From a virus (Duplodnaviria > Caudoviricetes), in IMG/VR virus record IMGVR_UViG_3300035228_000496, positions 1 to 52,393 of that record: 52,393 nt of DNA; one strand, given 5' to 3'. Positions 19,377-29,380 of the stretch are shown here, in pieces. Made by a program: the position numbers and the translations under genes. Each line of letters begins with the position of its first letter. The first letter of the stretch is position 1. The notes under the pieces are model-generated. The model was not told the DNA's origin. It did no database searches and saw only the letters and a program-made list of their open reading frames with translations.

Positions 19377-22300
19377 ATGCCACAAAAGACGAACCTCAAC
19401 GTAAATCCATATTATGATGATTTTGATAAGTTAGATAATTTCTATAAGGTACTGTTCAAACCTGGATATCCTGTTCAGGCAAGAGAACTTACTGGTCTTC
19501 AAACTATCTTGCAGAATCAGGTAGAATCCTTCGGAACACATGTGTTCAAAGAAGGTTCTATGGTAATTCCTGGTGGAATTACATGTGATAATGAATTCAC
19601 AACAATAAAAGTAAATCCGACACATCTTGGCATTGATGTATCGATTTATCTTGATGCGCTTGTTGCAGCGGATGGTGGGAAGGGAGCACAAGTAATTGGT
19701 GAAACTTCTGAGGTTGTAGGTAAAGTAAAAGGATATCTTCTTCCACCCGAACTTGATGTAGAAGAAGTTACTTTATTTGTAAAGTATAAAGATGCTGCTA
19801 ATGATTCATCAACAGTAGAATTCTTTGATGGTGAGGTTTTACGTTTAGAGGAAAATGTAACTTATGGTAATACTACACTTGTAATTGGTGATACCATTCT
19901 TACATTAACATCAACTAATGCAGCATCAACAGGATATGCTGTAGGTGTAGCAGAGGGTGTATATTTTATTAGAGGACACTTCGTAGATGTTCCTAATGCA
20001 CAAATTGTTCTTGATCCTTACGATAAGGAACCATCATTTAGAGTTGGATTTGATGTTGTTGAAGAAATTGTAAATGCAGATCAAGATGAAGATCTGAATG
20101 ATAATGCAAAAGGATTTACAAACTATGCTGCTCCTGGAGCAGATCGTTTAAAAATTAGCACTAAGTTAGCTAAGAAGCAACTTACTGATAATGATGATAC
20201 TAACTTTATTGAATTAGTTAGAATTGATGAAGGCAAGATTAGAAAAATTCAAAATGCTTCCCAGTACAATTTAATTAAAGATTACTTTGCAAAGAGAACC
20301 TTTGATGAGTCTGGAAATTATGCTGTAGAAAACTTCATTGTTGAAACTGAAGACTCTCTCAATGATGAAGTCGGTAATGGTGGTATCTTCAGAGAAGATG
20401 AAGTAACTGATGAAGGTAATACACCTGTTGAGACTAATCTAGCAGTAAAAGTTTCTGCAGGAACTGCATATGTCAGAGGATATGATGTAGATCTAGTTAG
20501 TGCAACTGTCCTCGATGTTAAAAAACCAAGAACAACAAAAAGAATTGAAAATTCAGTTGTCAACTTCAGTATGGGTGGACAACTGAGAGTTAATAACGTT
20601 GCAGGAACTCCATATTTAAATATTGGCGATACTGATGCAGGTGGTGCTGGATCTACCAATAATAATGTTGTTCAACTTTACTTTAATAGAAGAAACGAAG
20701 AAAGTACTAATAATATTACTGATGCCGCTACTGCAGGACTGGGAGTTCAGATTGGTGAAGCTAGGGTATATTGGTTTGGATTGACTGATGATAGTTATAA
20801 AGGTTCAGCAACTGAATTTGATTTATACCTGTATGACATTCAAACATTTACTAAATTAACTTTAGGAAATACATACAATCAAACTGATGTCCCACTTACC
20901 TCGTTTGTAAGAGGTTTATCTAGTGGTGCTACAGGATATCTTCATTCTTCAAGTAGTAATGAATATTTCCTCTCACAAACTGCAGGAAATTTCCTCGTTG
21001 GTGAGCAAGTAATTATTAATGACGAAGTTAAATTCCAAACTGGTATTCAGAATATTGAAGTTTATAGTGTAGAAGATATCCATTCAGTATTCCAAGATGT
21101 TTCATCTTTGAATGGTCGTGCAGGAACTCCAAACTTTGTTGCGGATGCAGTCCTGTATCCTAAGGATATGCCTCAGTTCTCTAAGACTGATCAATTAATC
21201 TTATCTGGATCGGGAGCTACTAAAACGGCAACGATTGCTGGAAGATTCTTTGCTGGTGTAACTGGCATCAAGATAGGAAGATATTTTAAATATCAGACTG
21301 GCAATAGTGCTCAACCAGTTTATGCATACGTATCTTCTATTGCAGCAGATGGTCTTTCTGTTAATCTTACAGTAGCACCACATGATATCACTGGTGTAAA
21401 TCATTCAACCCATGGTGCCAATACAGGACAGTTCACATTCAATGTAATGTGTGCAAGAATTAAGTCCAATGTATCTCCTGGTCTTTATTCACCATTACCT
21501 GTAAATAATATTGCATCAGTAGATCTTGGAACTTCTGACTTAACTATTACTAAGCAAGTACCTGTTTCGAGTTTTAGTGGAAATAAAATTGAATTAGATA
21601 TTGATGCTGCACTTGATGTCAATTCTGGCATTACAAGTGCATATTATGAAGCATTTGATGCAGAAAGATACAGTCTCACATATGCTGATGGTAGTATCGA
21701 ACCACTCACCTCCGATCAGTTCACATTGGGAAGTAATGGTGGAAGCATTATATTAAATGGATTGGGAACTCCTTCTGGTAGCAATGCAACTGTAAATGTA
21801 ACTCTTACTAAGAGATCACTTACAAGTAAGGGTAAAAGTTATATTAGAAGTGAACAGATTGCAATTACAAGAACTCAGAAAAAATCTGCACTAAATGGTC
21901 TTACTGCAAGTAAGTATTATGGATTAAGAATTGAAGATGCAGAGATATCATTAAATGTGCCTGATGTTGCAAATGTACGTGCAATCTTAGAATCTACAGA
22001 TGAAAATGCACCTGTTTTAGACAAGTTAGTCTTTGCTACAGGTCTCGCATTAGATCAAAATGCAATTGTCGGTGAAAAAATTGTAGGTCAAGAAGGTAGA
22101 GCAGTAGGACAAGTTGTTAGTAGAACTGCAACTGAGATTTTCTATATTTCTAGAAATACTAATAATTTCCGTATTGGTGAAACTGTCAAATTTAAAGACT
22201 CTGCTATTGAAGCAGTTGTCCAGAAAACTGTTAAAGGTAGTTATGTTGATCTTACTGCTAATTATAGATTAGATAGTGGAGATAGAAATGACTTTGTAGA

Positions 22301-25300
22301 CTATTCTAGAATCATTAGAAGACCTGCAAGTCCAACTCCAGATAAGCAATTGCTTGTAGTTTATGATTGTTATAAAATTAGTCCTGGAGACAATGGAGAT
22401 TTCTTCACAGTAAATTCATACTCTGCCGAAAGATATAAGAGTGATCTCCCTAATCTTCCAAGTGGATTGGGTGCATCAGATATAATTGATTTTAGACCAA
22501 GAGTATCTGCATTTGATTCTACAACTACATCCTCACCATTTGCGTTTTCATCTAGACAATATGAATCCACATACAGATATATCATCTCTCCAGATGAAGT
22601 AACACATGTAGGTTATAGTTATTACTTACCAAGAATTGACTTAGTTACCATCAATCGTCTTGGTGAAGTTGAAGTTGTTTCTGGAGAAGCGGCAGACGTA
22701 CCACAGGCACCAGTTCTTGCAGATGATGCAATGGAAATTGCTCAGATTTCCTACCCTGCATATCTTTACAATGCGGCAACAGAACCTAAGATCTTCCATA
22801 GAGATAATAGAAGATTCACGATGCGTGACATCGGAAAACTTGAGAATAGAATTGAGACATTAGAGGAATTAACAAGTCTCACTATGCTTGAGTTGAGTGC
22901 TAAAACAACTGAAATTACTGATGCTGAAGGATTCTCAAGATTTAAGAGTGGATTTGTAGTTTCAGATTTTAGAGATGATAGTATTTTAGATTCTGCACGC
23001 TCAACAGTTGATATTGATGCAGAAAATGCAACTGTTGTTCCACCAACAGATAACTGGTCTATTCATGCAGAATTAGCATTTGATCCAGGTATTGATGTAG
23101 AACAAGCAGATCTTACTCAAAACTTAAAACTTCAAGATCCCAACTGCCAAAAATCTGGTGATGTTATCACACTTAAGTATGATAATGTTGAGTTCTTAAA
23201 TCAACCCCATGCAACTAATGTAGAGAATGTAAATCCATTCAACGTTGTTGCATTTGTTGGTGGTGTCATATTAGATCCTCCTTCCGATAACTGGGTAAGA
23301 ACAATTTATATTGATGATCATAGAACAGAATCTACTGGCGCTAAATGGAAACATCAAGCAAAAGTTACTAAAAATACTGATAAAAAAGTAACTACTGAAA
23401 CTTATAAAAAAGGCGGTGGTAGAGGTGAGAAGAAAAAGAGATCTTATGTAACCACTACAATTACAACCAAGACTAAATTTAAGAGAAAACTCACTGGTCC
23501 TGCAAGAGAATTCAACTATGTTGAAAATGTAAAAGTCAGTGGTGAGGCAGATCCATGGATGCGTTCTAGAAACGTATATTTTGCTGCTAATGGTTTAAGA
23601 CCATATACTAAACACTATAAGTATCTTGATAGTCAACAAGTAGATATCTGTCCAAAGGTATGTGAAATTCAGATGCAATCAGGTACTTTTAAAGTATATG
23701 AACGTGCAATTATTTTAGATACTGACAATCGCAGAGTTGGTCATATTAGAATTCAAAGACCAAATCATAAGTTTGGTGATTTGAAAAGACCGGATATTGC
23801 TGCTGGATTAGGTTCACCTGCAGTTTATGTTGAAAAATATACTGTCGATCCTTATGATAGAAACAGACCAGCTCCTGGCGATAGTTACTCCCCAACATCA
23901 AAACTTATTAATTTTGGTGTAAGAGTTCTTGCTCTTAGGGAAAAAGATTATGGTTATGTTGAAAAAGGATTTAAAGTTGTAGGAAAAGAGTCTGGTGCTG
24001 TTGCTACAATCACTAGAGCAGAGTTAATTTCTGATAATTGGGGTGATATTATTGGAACATTCTACTTTAGAAATCCCAATAGTAAACCACAACCTGCTGT
24101 TAGGGTTAAATCGGGAACTAAAACTGTAAAAGTTACTGCACTGCCACCAAATACAATTGAACTTCCTGGTTCAACAGTATTTGCTTCTGAAGCGGTTGGA
24201 ACGTTTAGTGGTTCTGGAACAATTCTGACACAAGAAACAAGTAGGGTTTCTGTTAGAAATCCACCCAAACCTAAAAGGAAAAAAAGTACAATTCAAGTTG
24301 AGAAAAAAGTTACTCATAGAGACCCACTTGCACAATCGTTTACAGTTCCTGGTGCTGGCATTTTCTTAACTGCAGTTGACCTTTTCTTTGCAAGAAAAGA
24401 TCCTGGCGCTAAGATTTTTATTGAACTTAGAACCATGGAACTTGGCACTCCAACCGATAAATTGGTTGCAGATTGGTGTGAAGTAGCATTGAATCCTGCA
24501 GATATCAATGTTAATGAAGCAAATCCATTTGAACCTGTTGCGACTCGCGTTACTTTCCCTTCACCAGTATTCCTAGAAGGTGGTGATAGAGAATATGCTA
24601 TCGTTATCCTCTCTCCAGCATCTGATGGTTATGAGATGTGGACAGCAACTATGGGTAAGAAGACTGTCAGAACAACTACTCTTCCTGATGTTCAGAATGT
24701 CGTTGTTTCTAAACAATACATTGGTGGATCTCTCTTTAAGTCGCAGAATGGTACAATCTGGACACCAAGTCAATATCAAGACTTAACGTTTAAGATCTAC
24801 AAGGCAAAGTTTGTCAACTCAGGAACTGTTCTCTGGTATAACTCTGATGTTAGTGCTGATAAAAATACTGACAATGCACACGACTTAAATACCAATCCAA
24901 TTCAAGGACTTCCAAGAAAACTGAAGCTTCCTATTAGTAATGGTGGCAACTTGACAACTGCAGCATCAACTCTTGGTGCTAAGGTTGGTGAGAGTGCTAA
25001 TGAACCAAGTATTACTGGATTTGTTGAAAATATTGGTGGACCTGCTGCTACTATCAGTATTACAACTGGTGGTTCTGAATATCTTGCAAGTCAAACTAGC
25101 GCACTTACTACATGTGATCTTACCTCTCTTACAGGAAAGGGTACTGGTGGTCAGGTGACAATTGCAACTGACGCTAATGGTATTGTTACTGGTGTAACTC
25201 TTACTAACAATGGTTCTGGATATGTTGCTGGTGAATTGGTTGAGGTTGATACATCAACTATCGGAACCACTGATGCACATAAGAAAGGGCAAGGTGCTAA

Positions 25301-26831
25301 GTTTACAATCGATACAATTGGAACACCAGATTCTTACTATCTGAATGATGTTCAAGGTGAAAACTTTGCTGATACAACCTTACTTTATACAATCGCTGCA
25401 AATGGAACAAGAACCGCTGCTGGTACTAACGTAGCAGTAAACGGTAACTCAAGTCTAATTGATGACAGATTCAGTGGAAATGTGTTCAGTATTAAGCAAC
25501 AAGATCATGCACATCATGGTGGAAATAATAAAATTGAAATCCAAGATGTTGAACCTGATACTAAGAAAACAGAACTCACTGCAACATTTGGTACTACAGA
25601 TACTGTAGTTTCTGTTGCTAATACATTTGCATTCCAAACATTTGAAGGAATTTATACTACTGAAGGATATGCTCTTGTTAATAATGAGATTATTAAATAT
25701 ACAGATGTTACTGCTGGAGTATCTCCTGCTGGTACATTAACTATTAGTAATAGATCTATTGATGGAACAATCAAGATTACTCACAATGCTGCAGATTCAA
25801 TTCAAGCATATGAAGTTAATGGTGTATCTCTAACCAGAATCAATACATCTCACGATCTTCCAGGAACAAGTTATCGTAAAGATAACTCTGATATTGACAA
25901 CTACTTCTTAGAATTTGATAGAAGTTTACAGTCCCCAACAATCAGAAGTAGTGGATCTTCTATGTTGAACTTCACATCTGAGAAGGGATTTGGTGGAGAT
26001 ACTGTTGGAGTCTCCCAGAATTCTCAGTATAGTGTCCTTACACCAGAGTTTAATATTATTACACCAGGTAAGGGTACTATTGCAACTTTCAATGTTAGAA
26101 CAGTTTCTGGTACAAGTGCTGGTGGATCTGAAGTTTCATTCCAAGATATGGGTTACACACCTGCAGTCTTGCATAAACCAATTCATTTCGATTCTCCAAG
26201 AATGGTTGCATCTAGAGTTAATGAACTTGCTAGACTTAGCACACTTCCACGTAGTAAGTCTCTTACATTAAGAGTTGACATGGCGACTCAAAATGAGGAT
26301 CTTTCACCAATGATGGACACTGCTAATGCAGAATTTGTATGTAGTAGATTTAAGTCCAATGCCCCAATTGACGATTATGTGTCCGACGCTAGATCCAATA
26401 ATCTGACAGGTGATCCCCATGGTTCAGTTCTTGTAACCAGATTTGTTTCTCTTGCACAACCTGCAACAAGTCTCAAATTATTCATTGCAGCACATCGTTC
26501 TGATGATGCAGACTTTAGGGTCTTCTATCAATTAAAGAGAGTTGATTCTGGAGAAATTGATCAGAAGTTCATTCCGTTCCCAGGATATGATAATTTGATT
26601 GATAGTGATGGTGATGGATATGGAGATCGTGTTATTGATCCCAATAAGAATACTGGAAGAGCAGATGCATTTGTTCCTGCAAATGGACTAGGGGATGACT
26701 TCGCAGAATATCAATTCAGCGTTGATAATCTAGAAGAATTCCAAGCATTTGCAATTAAGGTTGTTATGTCTTCCAAGAATGAATCCATGCCAGTTAAACT
26801 GAAGGACTTTAGAGCAATTGCATTAGCATGA
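19377..26831 (+). CDS. Large virion structural protein, VrlC/DUF4815-like (2484 aa)
   Basis: MPQKTNLNVNPYYDDFD..FKPGYPVQARELT, NYAAPGADRLK, RRFTMRDIGKLENRI, RFKSGFVVSDF, DPLAQSF, GSLFKSQNGTIW, C-terminal FRAIALA. Confidence 0.85.
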   Translation: MPQKTNLNVNPYYDDFDKLDNFYKVLFKPGYPVQARELTGLQTILQNQVESFGTHVFKEGSMVIPGGITCDNEFTTIKVNPTHLGIDVSIYLDALVAADGGKGAQVIGETSEVVGKVKGYLLPPELDVEEVTLFVKYKDAANDSSTVEFFDGEVLRLEENVTYGNTTLVIGDTILTLTSTNAASTGYAVGVAEGVYFIRGHFVDVPNAQIVLDPYDKEPSFRVGFDVVEEIVNADQDEDLNDNAKGFTNYAAPGADRLKISTKLAKKQLTDNDDTNFIELVRIDEGKIRKIQNASQYNLIKDYFAKRTFDESGNYAVENFIVETEDSLNDEVGNGGIFREDEVTDEGNTPVETNLAVKVSAGTAYVRGYDVDLVSATVLDVKKPRTTKRIENSVVNFSMGGQLRVNNVAGTPYLNIGDTDAGGAGSTNNNVVQLYFNRRNEESTNNITDAATAGLGVQIGEARVYWFGLTDDSYKGSATEFDLYLYDIQTFTKLTLGNTYNQTDVPLTSFVRGLSSGATGYLHSSSSNEYFLSQTAGNFLVGEQVIINDEVKFQTGIQNIEVYSVEDIHSVFQDVSSLNGRAGTPNFVADAVLYPKDMPQFSKTDQLILSGSGATKTATIAGRFFAGVTGIKIGRYFKYQTGNSAQPVYAYVSSIAADGLSVNLTVAPHDITGVNHSTHGANTGQFTFNVMCARIKSNVSPGLYSPLPVNNIASVDLGTSDLTITKQVPVSSFSGNKIELDIDAALDVNSGITSAYYEAFDAERYSLTYADGSIEPLTSDQFTLGSNGGSIILNGLGTPSGSNATVNVTLTKRSLTSKGKSYIRSEQIAITRTQKKSALNGLTASKYYGLRIEDAEISLNVPDVANVRAILESTDENAPVLDKLVFATGLALDQNAIVGEKIVGQEGRAVGQVVSRTATEIFYISRNTNNFRIGETVKFKDSAIEAVVQKTVKGSYVDLTANYRLDSGDRNDFVDYSRIIRRPASPTPDKQLLVVYDCYKISPGDNGDFFTVNSYSAERYKSDLPNLPSGLGASDIIDFRPRVSAFDSTTTSSPFAFSSRQYESTYRYIISPDEVTHVGYSYYLPRIDLVTINRLGEVEVVSGEAADVPQAPVLADDAMEIAQISYPAYLYNAATEPKIFHRDNRRFTMRDIGKLENRIETLEELTSLTMLELSAKTTEITDAEGFSRFKSGFVVSDFRDDSILDSARSTVDIDAENATVVPPTDNWSIHAELAFDPGIDVEQADLTQNLKLQDPNCQKSGDVITLKYDNVEFLNQPHATNVENVNPFNVVAFVGGVILDPPSDNWVRTIYIDDHRTESTGAKWKHQAKVTKNTDKKVTTETYKKGGGRGEKKKRSYVTTTITTKTKFKRKLTGPAREFNYVENVKVSGEADPWMRSRNVYFAANGLRPYTKHYKYLDSQQVDICPKVCEIQMQSGTFKVYERAIILDTDNRRVGHIRIQRPNHKFGDLKRPDIAAGLGSPAVYVEKYTVDPYDRNRPAPGDSYSPTSKLINFGVRVLALREKDYGYVEKGFKVVGKESGAVATITRAELISDNWGDIIGTFYFRNPNSKPQPAVRVKSGTKTVKVTALPPNTIELPGSTVFASEAVGTFSGSGTILTQETSRVSVRNPPKPKRKKSTIQVEKKVTHRDPLAQSFTVPGAGIFLTAVDLFFARKDPGAKIFIELRTMELGTPTDKLVADWCEVALNPADINVNEANPFEPVATRVTFPSPVFLEGGDREYAIVILSPASDGYEMWTATMGKKTVRTTTLPDVQNVVVSKQYIGGSLFKSQNGTIWTPSQYQDLTFKIYKAKFVNSGTVLWYNSDVSADKNTDNAHDLNTNPIQGLPRKLKLPISNGGNLTTAASTLGAKVGESANEPSITGFVENIGGPAATISITTGGSEYLASQTSALTTCDLTSLTGKGTGGQVTIATDANGIVTGVTLTNNGSGYVAGELVEVDTSTIGTTDAHKKGQGAKFTIDTIGTPDSYYLNDVQGENFADTTLLYTIAANGTRTAAGTNVAVNGNSSLIDDRFSGNVFSIKQQDHAHHGGNNKIEIQDVEPDTKKTELTATFGTTDTVVSVANTFAFQTFEGIYTTEGYALVNNEIIKYTDVTAGVSPAGTLTISNRSIDGTIKITHNAADSIQAYEVNGVSLTRINTSHDLPGTSYRKDNSDIDNYFLEFDRSLQSPTIRSSGSSMLNFTSEKGFGGDTVGVSQNSQYSVLTPEFNIITPGKGTIATFNVRTVSGTSAGGSEVSFQDMGYTPAVLHKPIHFDSPRMVASRVNELARLSTLPRSKSLTLRVDMATQNEDLSPMMDTANAEFVCSRFKSNAPIDDYVSDARSNNLTGDPHGSVLVTRFVSLAQPATSLKLFIAAHRSDDADFRVFYQLKRVDSGEIDQKFIPFPGYDNLIDSDGDGYGDRVIDPNKNTGRADAFVPANGLGDDFAEYQFSVDNLEEFQAFAIKVVMSSKNESMPVKLKDFRAIALA

Positions 26832-27055
26832 TGAAAGAAGATTTGGATGATGATTTAATTAGGGTTGAAGGTGAACAACATCTTTACAGAGATCGTGAAA
26901 CCGGTGCTATCCTTAATACGGATAATTCCGGTTATAATCAATATGTTAAAATGAGAAAAGGAAGACAGACACAGAAGGACGAATTAGATACACTCAAAAA
27001 GGATATTGAAGAGATTAAGTCTTTACTCAAGGAGATTACTAATGGACCCAGATGA
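26828..27055 (+). CDS. Conserved small protein with C-terminal coiled coil
   Basis: RVEGEQHLYRDRETGAILNTD...LKKDIEEIKSLLKEI; ATG overlaps the upstream TGA. Confidence 0.8.
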   Translation: MMKEDLDDDLIRVEGEQHLYRDRETGAILNTDNSGYNQYVKMRKGRQTQKDELDTLKKDIEEIKSLLKEITNGPR

Positions 27056-27212
27056 AATTACTTTAGAAAAACTTTCTAAAAGTTTTGAATATACAAAACT
27101 AGCAAGAGAAATTGATTCTTGCGATGATAGAGATATGCTAAAAAATATTGCAAAGTCATATGTCAAGCTTTATTTGAAGCAGCAGGAGGTAGTGGGGCGA
27201 TTAGGAATATAA
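27042..27212 (+). CDS. NblA-like (phycobilisome degradation adaptor-like) two-helix protein, 56 aa
   Basis: ATG 27042 with SD AAGGAG at 27029-27034; MDPDEITLEKLSKSFEYTKLAREIDSCDDRDMLKNIAKSYVKLYLKQQEVVGRLGI matches the recalled NblA pattern L..L...FE..[KR]h.R.ID...D...L[KR].hAK........Q. Confidence 0.55.
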   Translation: MDPDEITLEKLSKSFEYTKLAREIDSCDDRDMLKNIAKSYVKLYLKQQEVVGRLGI

Positions 27213-27215
27213 ATA
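27208..27215 (+). promoter_or_regulatory. T4-type late promoter
   Basis: TATAAATA overlapping the stop codon, upstream of ATG 27244. Confidence 0.75.
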
Positions 27216-27243
27216 ATTCCTAGATCCTGAAACTCTATAGTAA

Positions 27244-27471
27244 ATGGCTGATATTAAGGTCAGGGTAGGGCAAACACCTGCAGTAAAAGTAATATCTTCT
27301 CTTGCTGGTGCCCAGGGTTTATCCTTGGCTGAACTTAGCGATGTTAGTGCTCAAAACTTATCAAATGGCATGGTGCTGGTTTATAACAGTGCTATCCAAA
27401 AGTGGGAAGCAACGTTGACTCTTACACCAGGCGCAACACAGAATTTAGACATCAACGGAGGAAATTTCTGA
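27244..27471 (+). CDS. Small fibre-associated structural protein
   Basis: LAELSDV...GMVLVYNS...KWEA is a typical phage fibre repeat; ends INGGNF. Confidence 0.7.
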   Translation: MADIKVRVGQTPAVKVISSLAGAQGLSLAELSDVSAQNLSNGMVLVYNSAIQKWEATLTLTPGATQNLDINGGNF

Positions 27472-27472
27472 C

Positions 27473-29185
27473 ATGGCAAGTATTATCAGGATCAAAAGAT
27501 CCTCAGGTACTAGTAAACCATCTGCTTTACAATGGGGAGAATATGGTTATGTAACCGGTATTGGTAGTTACGGAGGACCCAATCAATATAAAGATAGGAT
27601 CTTCCTAGGAGATGATGGCACAAATGCCAATCCTATTGGTGGATTCTTCTATACCTCCATGATGGAGCACGCTGCAGGTGCTATTGCAGGACAAGTAAAT
27701 GCCAACACTAGAAACCAAGATAGGGGTGTTGTTGCTGTTCTTGCTCCACAAACTAACAGCGGTCTTTCTGGTGCCGAATCACTAAAGGTTGACCAATGGA
27801 ACGTCGATAATATTAGAATCGATGGAAATGTAATTTCATCAACCGACACTGATGGCGACATCATGTTGGATCCTAATGGTTCTGGTGAGATACACATTCC
27901 AGATGATACCTTCCTGTCATTCGGTAATGACAAGGATGCTAAGTTTGAATATGATGAAGATGGCACAAACCAGTTAAACTATACTGGTGCTGATCTTCGT
28001 ATTAATGTCACTACACAATCACTCACTAAAGATGAAGGTGCCCTGATTGTTGAAGGTGGTGTTGGTATTGAGAAGAATCTCAATGTTGGTGGAGATTATA
28101 TTGTTGATGGTGCTTCTCAACTTGGCGATATCAAGATTGAGAATAATGTCATCTCAACTCTTCCAGGTACATCAGATATTATGTATCTGGATCCATATCC
28201 AGATGGTCTGAGCAACGAAGGTACTGTAATTATTAAGGGTGATCTTCAAGTTGATGGTACAACTACTACCATTAACTCAACTTCTAAGACTTTAAACGAT
28301 CCAATCTTTCATATTGGTGATGTAACCAGCACTAGAACAGTGATGGCAGAGCACACCAGTGGAACTAATGTAATTACTTTAGATTCTATTGTTGGCATCA
28401 ACACGGGTGATGTTATTGCTCATGCAAACATCCCTAACAGCACAACAGTCAGTTCTTATAACACTGGTACTAAGGTTGTTACTCTGTCAGCAAGTAGTAC
28501 TGCTGGTATTTCAACAACATCACAAGTAACAGTTACCCACGGATACGACAGCAATACTGATAGAGGTATTTCGTTCGCATTCAATAGTGGTACTGGTGTT
28601 GCCGATAATAAGACTGGTTTCTTCGGCATGGATGATAGTTCCATCGCTAATAGTGCAGCTGACGCTGACAATCATGGAACTCACGCAGATGATAGCAGAA
28701 GATGGACTTATGTTCCAGATGCTGGTATTGCCAATAGTGTTGTTGCAGGAACGAAAGGATTCCTTGATATTAAAGGTATCTACTACCAATCTGGCGATTA
28801 TGCTACTGGTGGTGTTGTTTACTTTGATGATACTGGTCTCCAGAGATCTACAAATGCTGTTGCATCTCCTGTAGTTACATCTAAGCAGGTCTTAACTGCA
28901 ATCACTAAAAATACTCTTGCATTAACTGTAGCAATTACTGCTTCTGTAGGTGATATTATTAGACAGGACACAACTGGTGCATATGGTGTTGTTGAAACTG
29001 GTGTTTCTGGTGCAACAACAGTTAATTTAATTGGTGTTGAAGGAACATTCAATACCAGTGCTAACTTAAGGAAAGAAGGTTCCTCAGGTTCTATTGCAAA
29101 TCTTGCTTCAGTTCCCAATACGGTTAGCGTAATATATACTAACAAACCCCAATGGACTTCAACACTTGATGGGGGCACATTCTAA
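27473..29185 (+). CDS. Fibre-like structural protein (tail/neck fibre)
   Basis: N-terminal IRIKRS...L.WGE.GY (Mtd-N-like); GALIVEGGVGIEKNLNVGG and IKGDLQVDGTTTTINST fibre repeats; ends LDGGTF. Confidence 0.75.
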   Translation: MASIIRIKRSSGTSKPSALQWGEYGYVTGIGSYGGPNQYKDRIFLGDDGTNANPIGGFFYTSMMEHAAGAIAGQVNANTRNQDRGVVAVLAPQTNSGLSGAESLKVDQWNVDNIRIDGNVISSTDTDGDIMLDPNGSGEIHIPDDTFLSFGNDKDAKFEYDEDGTNQLNYTGADLRINVTTQSLTKDEGALIVEGGVGIEKNLNVGGDYIVDGASQLGDIKIENNVISTLPGTSDIMYLDPYPDGLSNEGTVIIKGDLQVDGTTTTINSTSKTLNDPIFHIGDVTSTRTVMAEHTSGTNVITLDSIVGINTGDVIAHANIPNSTTVSSYNTGTKVVTLSASSTAGISTTSQVTVTHGYDSNTDRGISFAFNSGTGVADNKTGFFGMDDSSIANSAADADNHGTHADDSRRWTYVPDAGIANSVVAGTKGFLDIKGIYYQSGDYATGGVVYFDDTGLQRSTNAVASPVVTSKQVLTAITKNTLALTVAITASVGDIIRQDTTGAYGVVETGVSGATTVNLIGVEGTFNTSANLRKEGSSGSIANLASVPNTVSVIYTNKPQWTSTLDGGTF

Positions 29186-29193
29186 GGTAACTA

Positions 29194-29379
29194 ATGGAAA
29201 ATCAAAGTGAAGTGGATGTTAATCTTCTGATTAAAATATACAATTCCAAATTAGCAGCAATATCAAATCAAAATGTTCTTCTTGAGGCAAAGTTAGCAAC
29301 TATGTCTCAAGATTTTAAAGAACAAATGGATGCACTACTTGAAGAAAACGCGGATCTTAAGGCACAATTAGAAGGTTAA
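29194..29379 (+). CDS. Small coiled-coil hypothetical protein
   Basis: Heptad pattern; packed between the fibre gene and gp13. Confidence 0.75.
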   Translation: MENQSEVDVNLLIKIYNSKLAAISNQNVLLEAKLATMSQDFKEQMDALLEENADLKAQLEG

Positions 29380-29380
29380 T

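Noticed and set aside
27006-27041. Longer start for the NblA-like ORF given by the ORF track
   Set aside because: Non-ATG start deep inside the upstream gene; ATG 27042 has a strong SD
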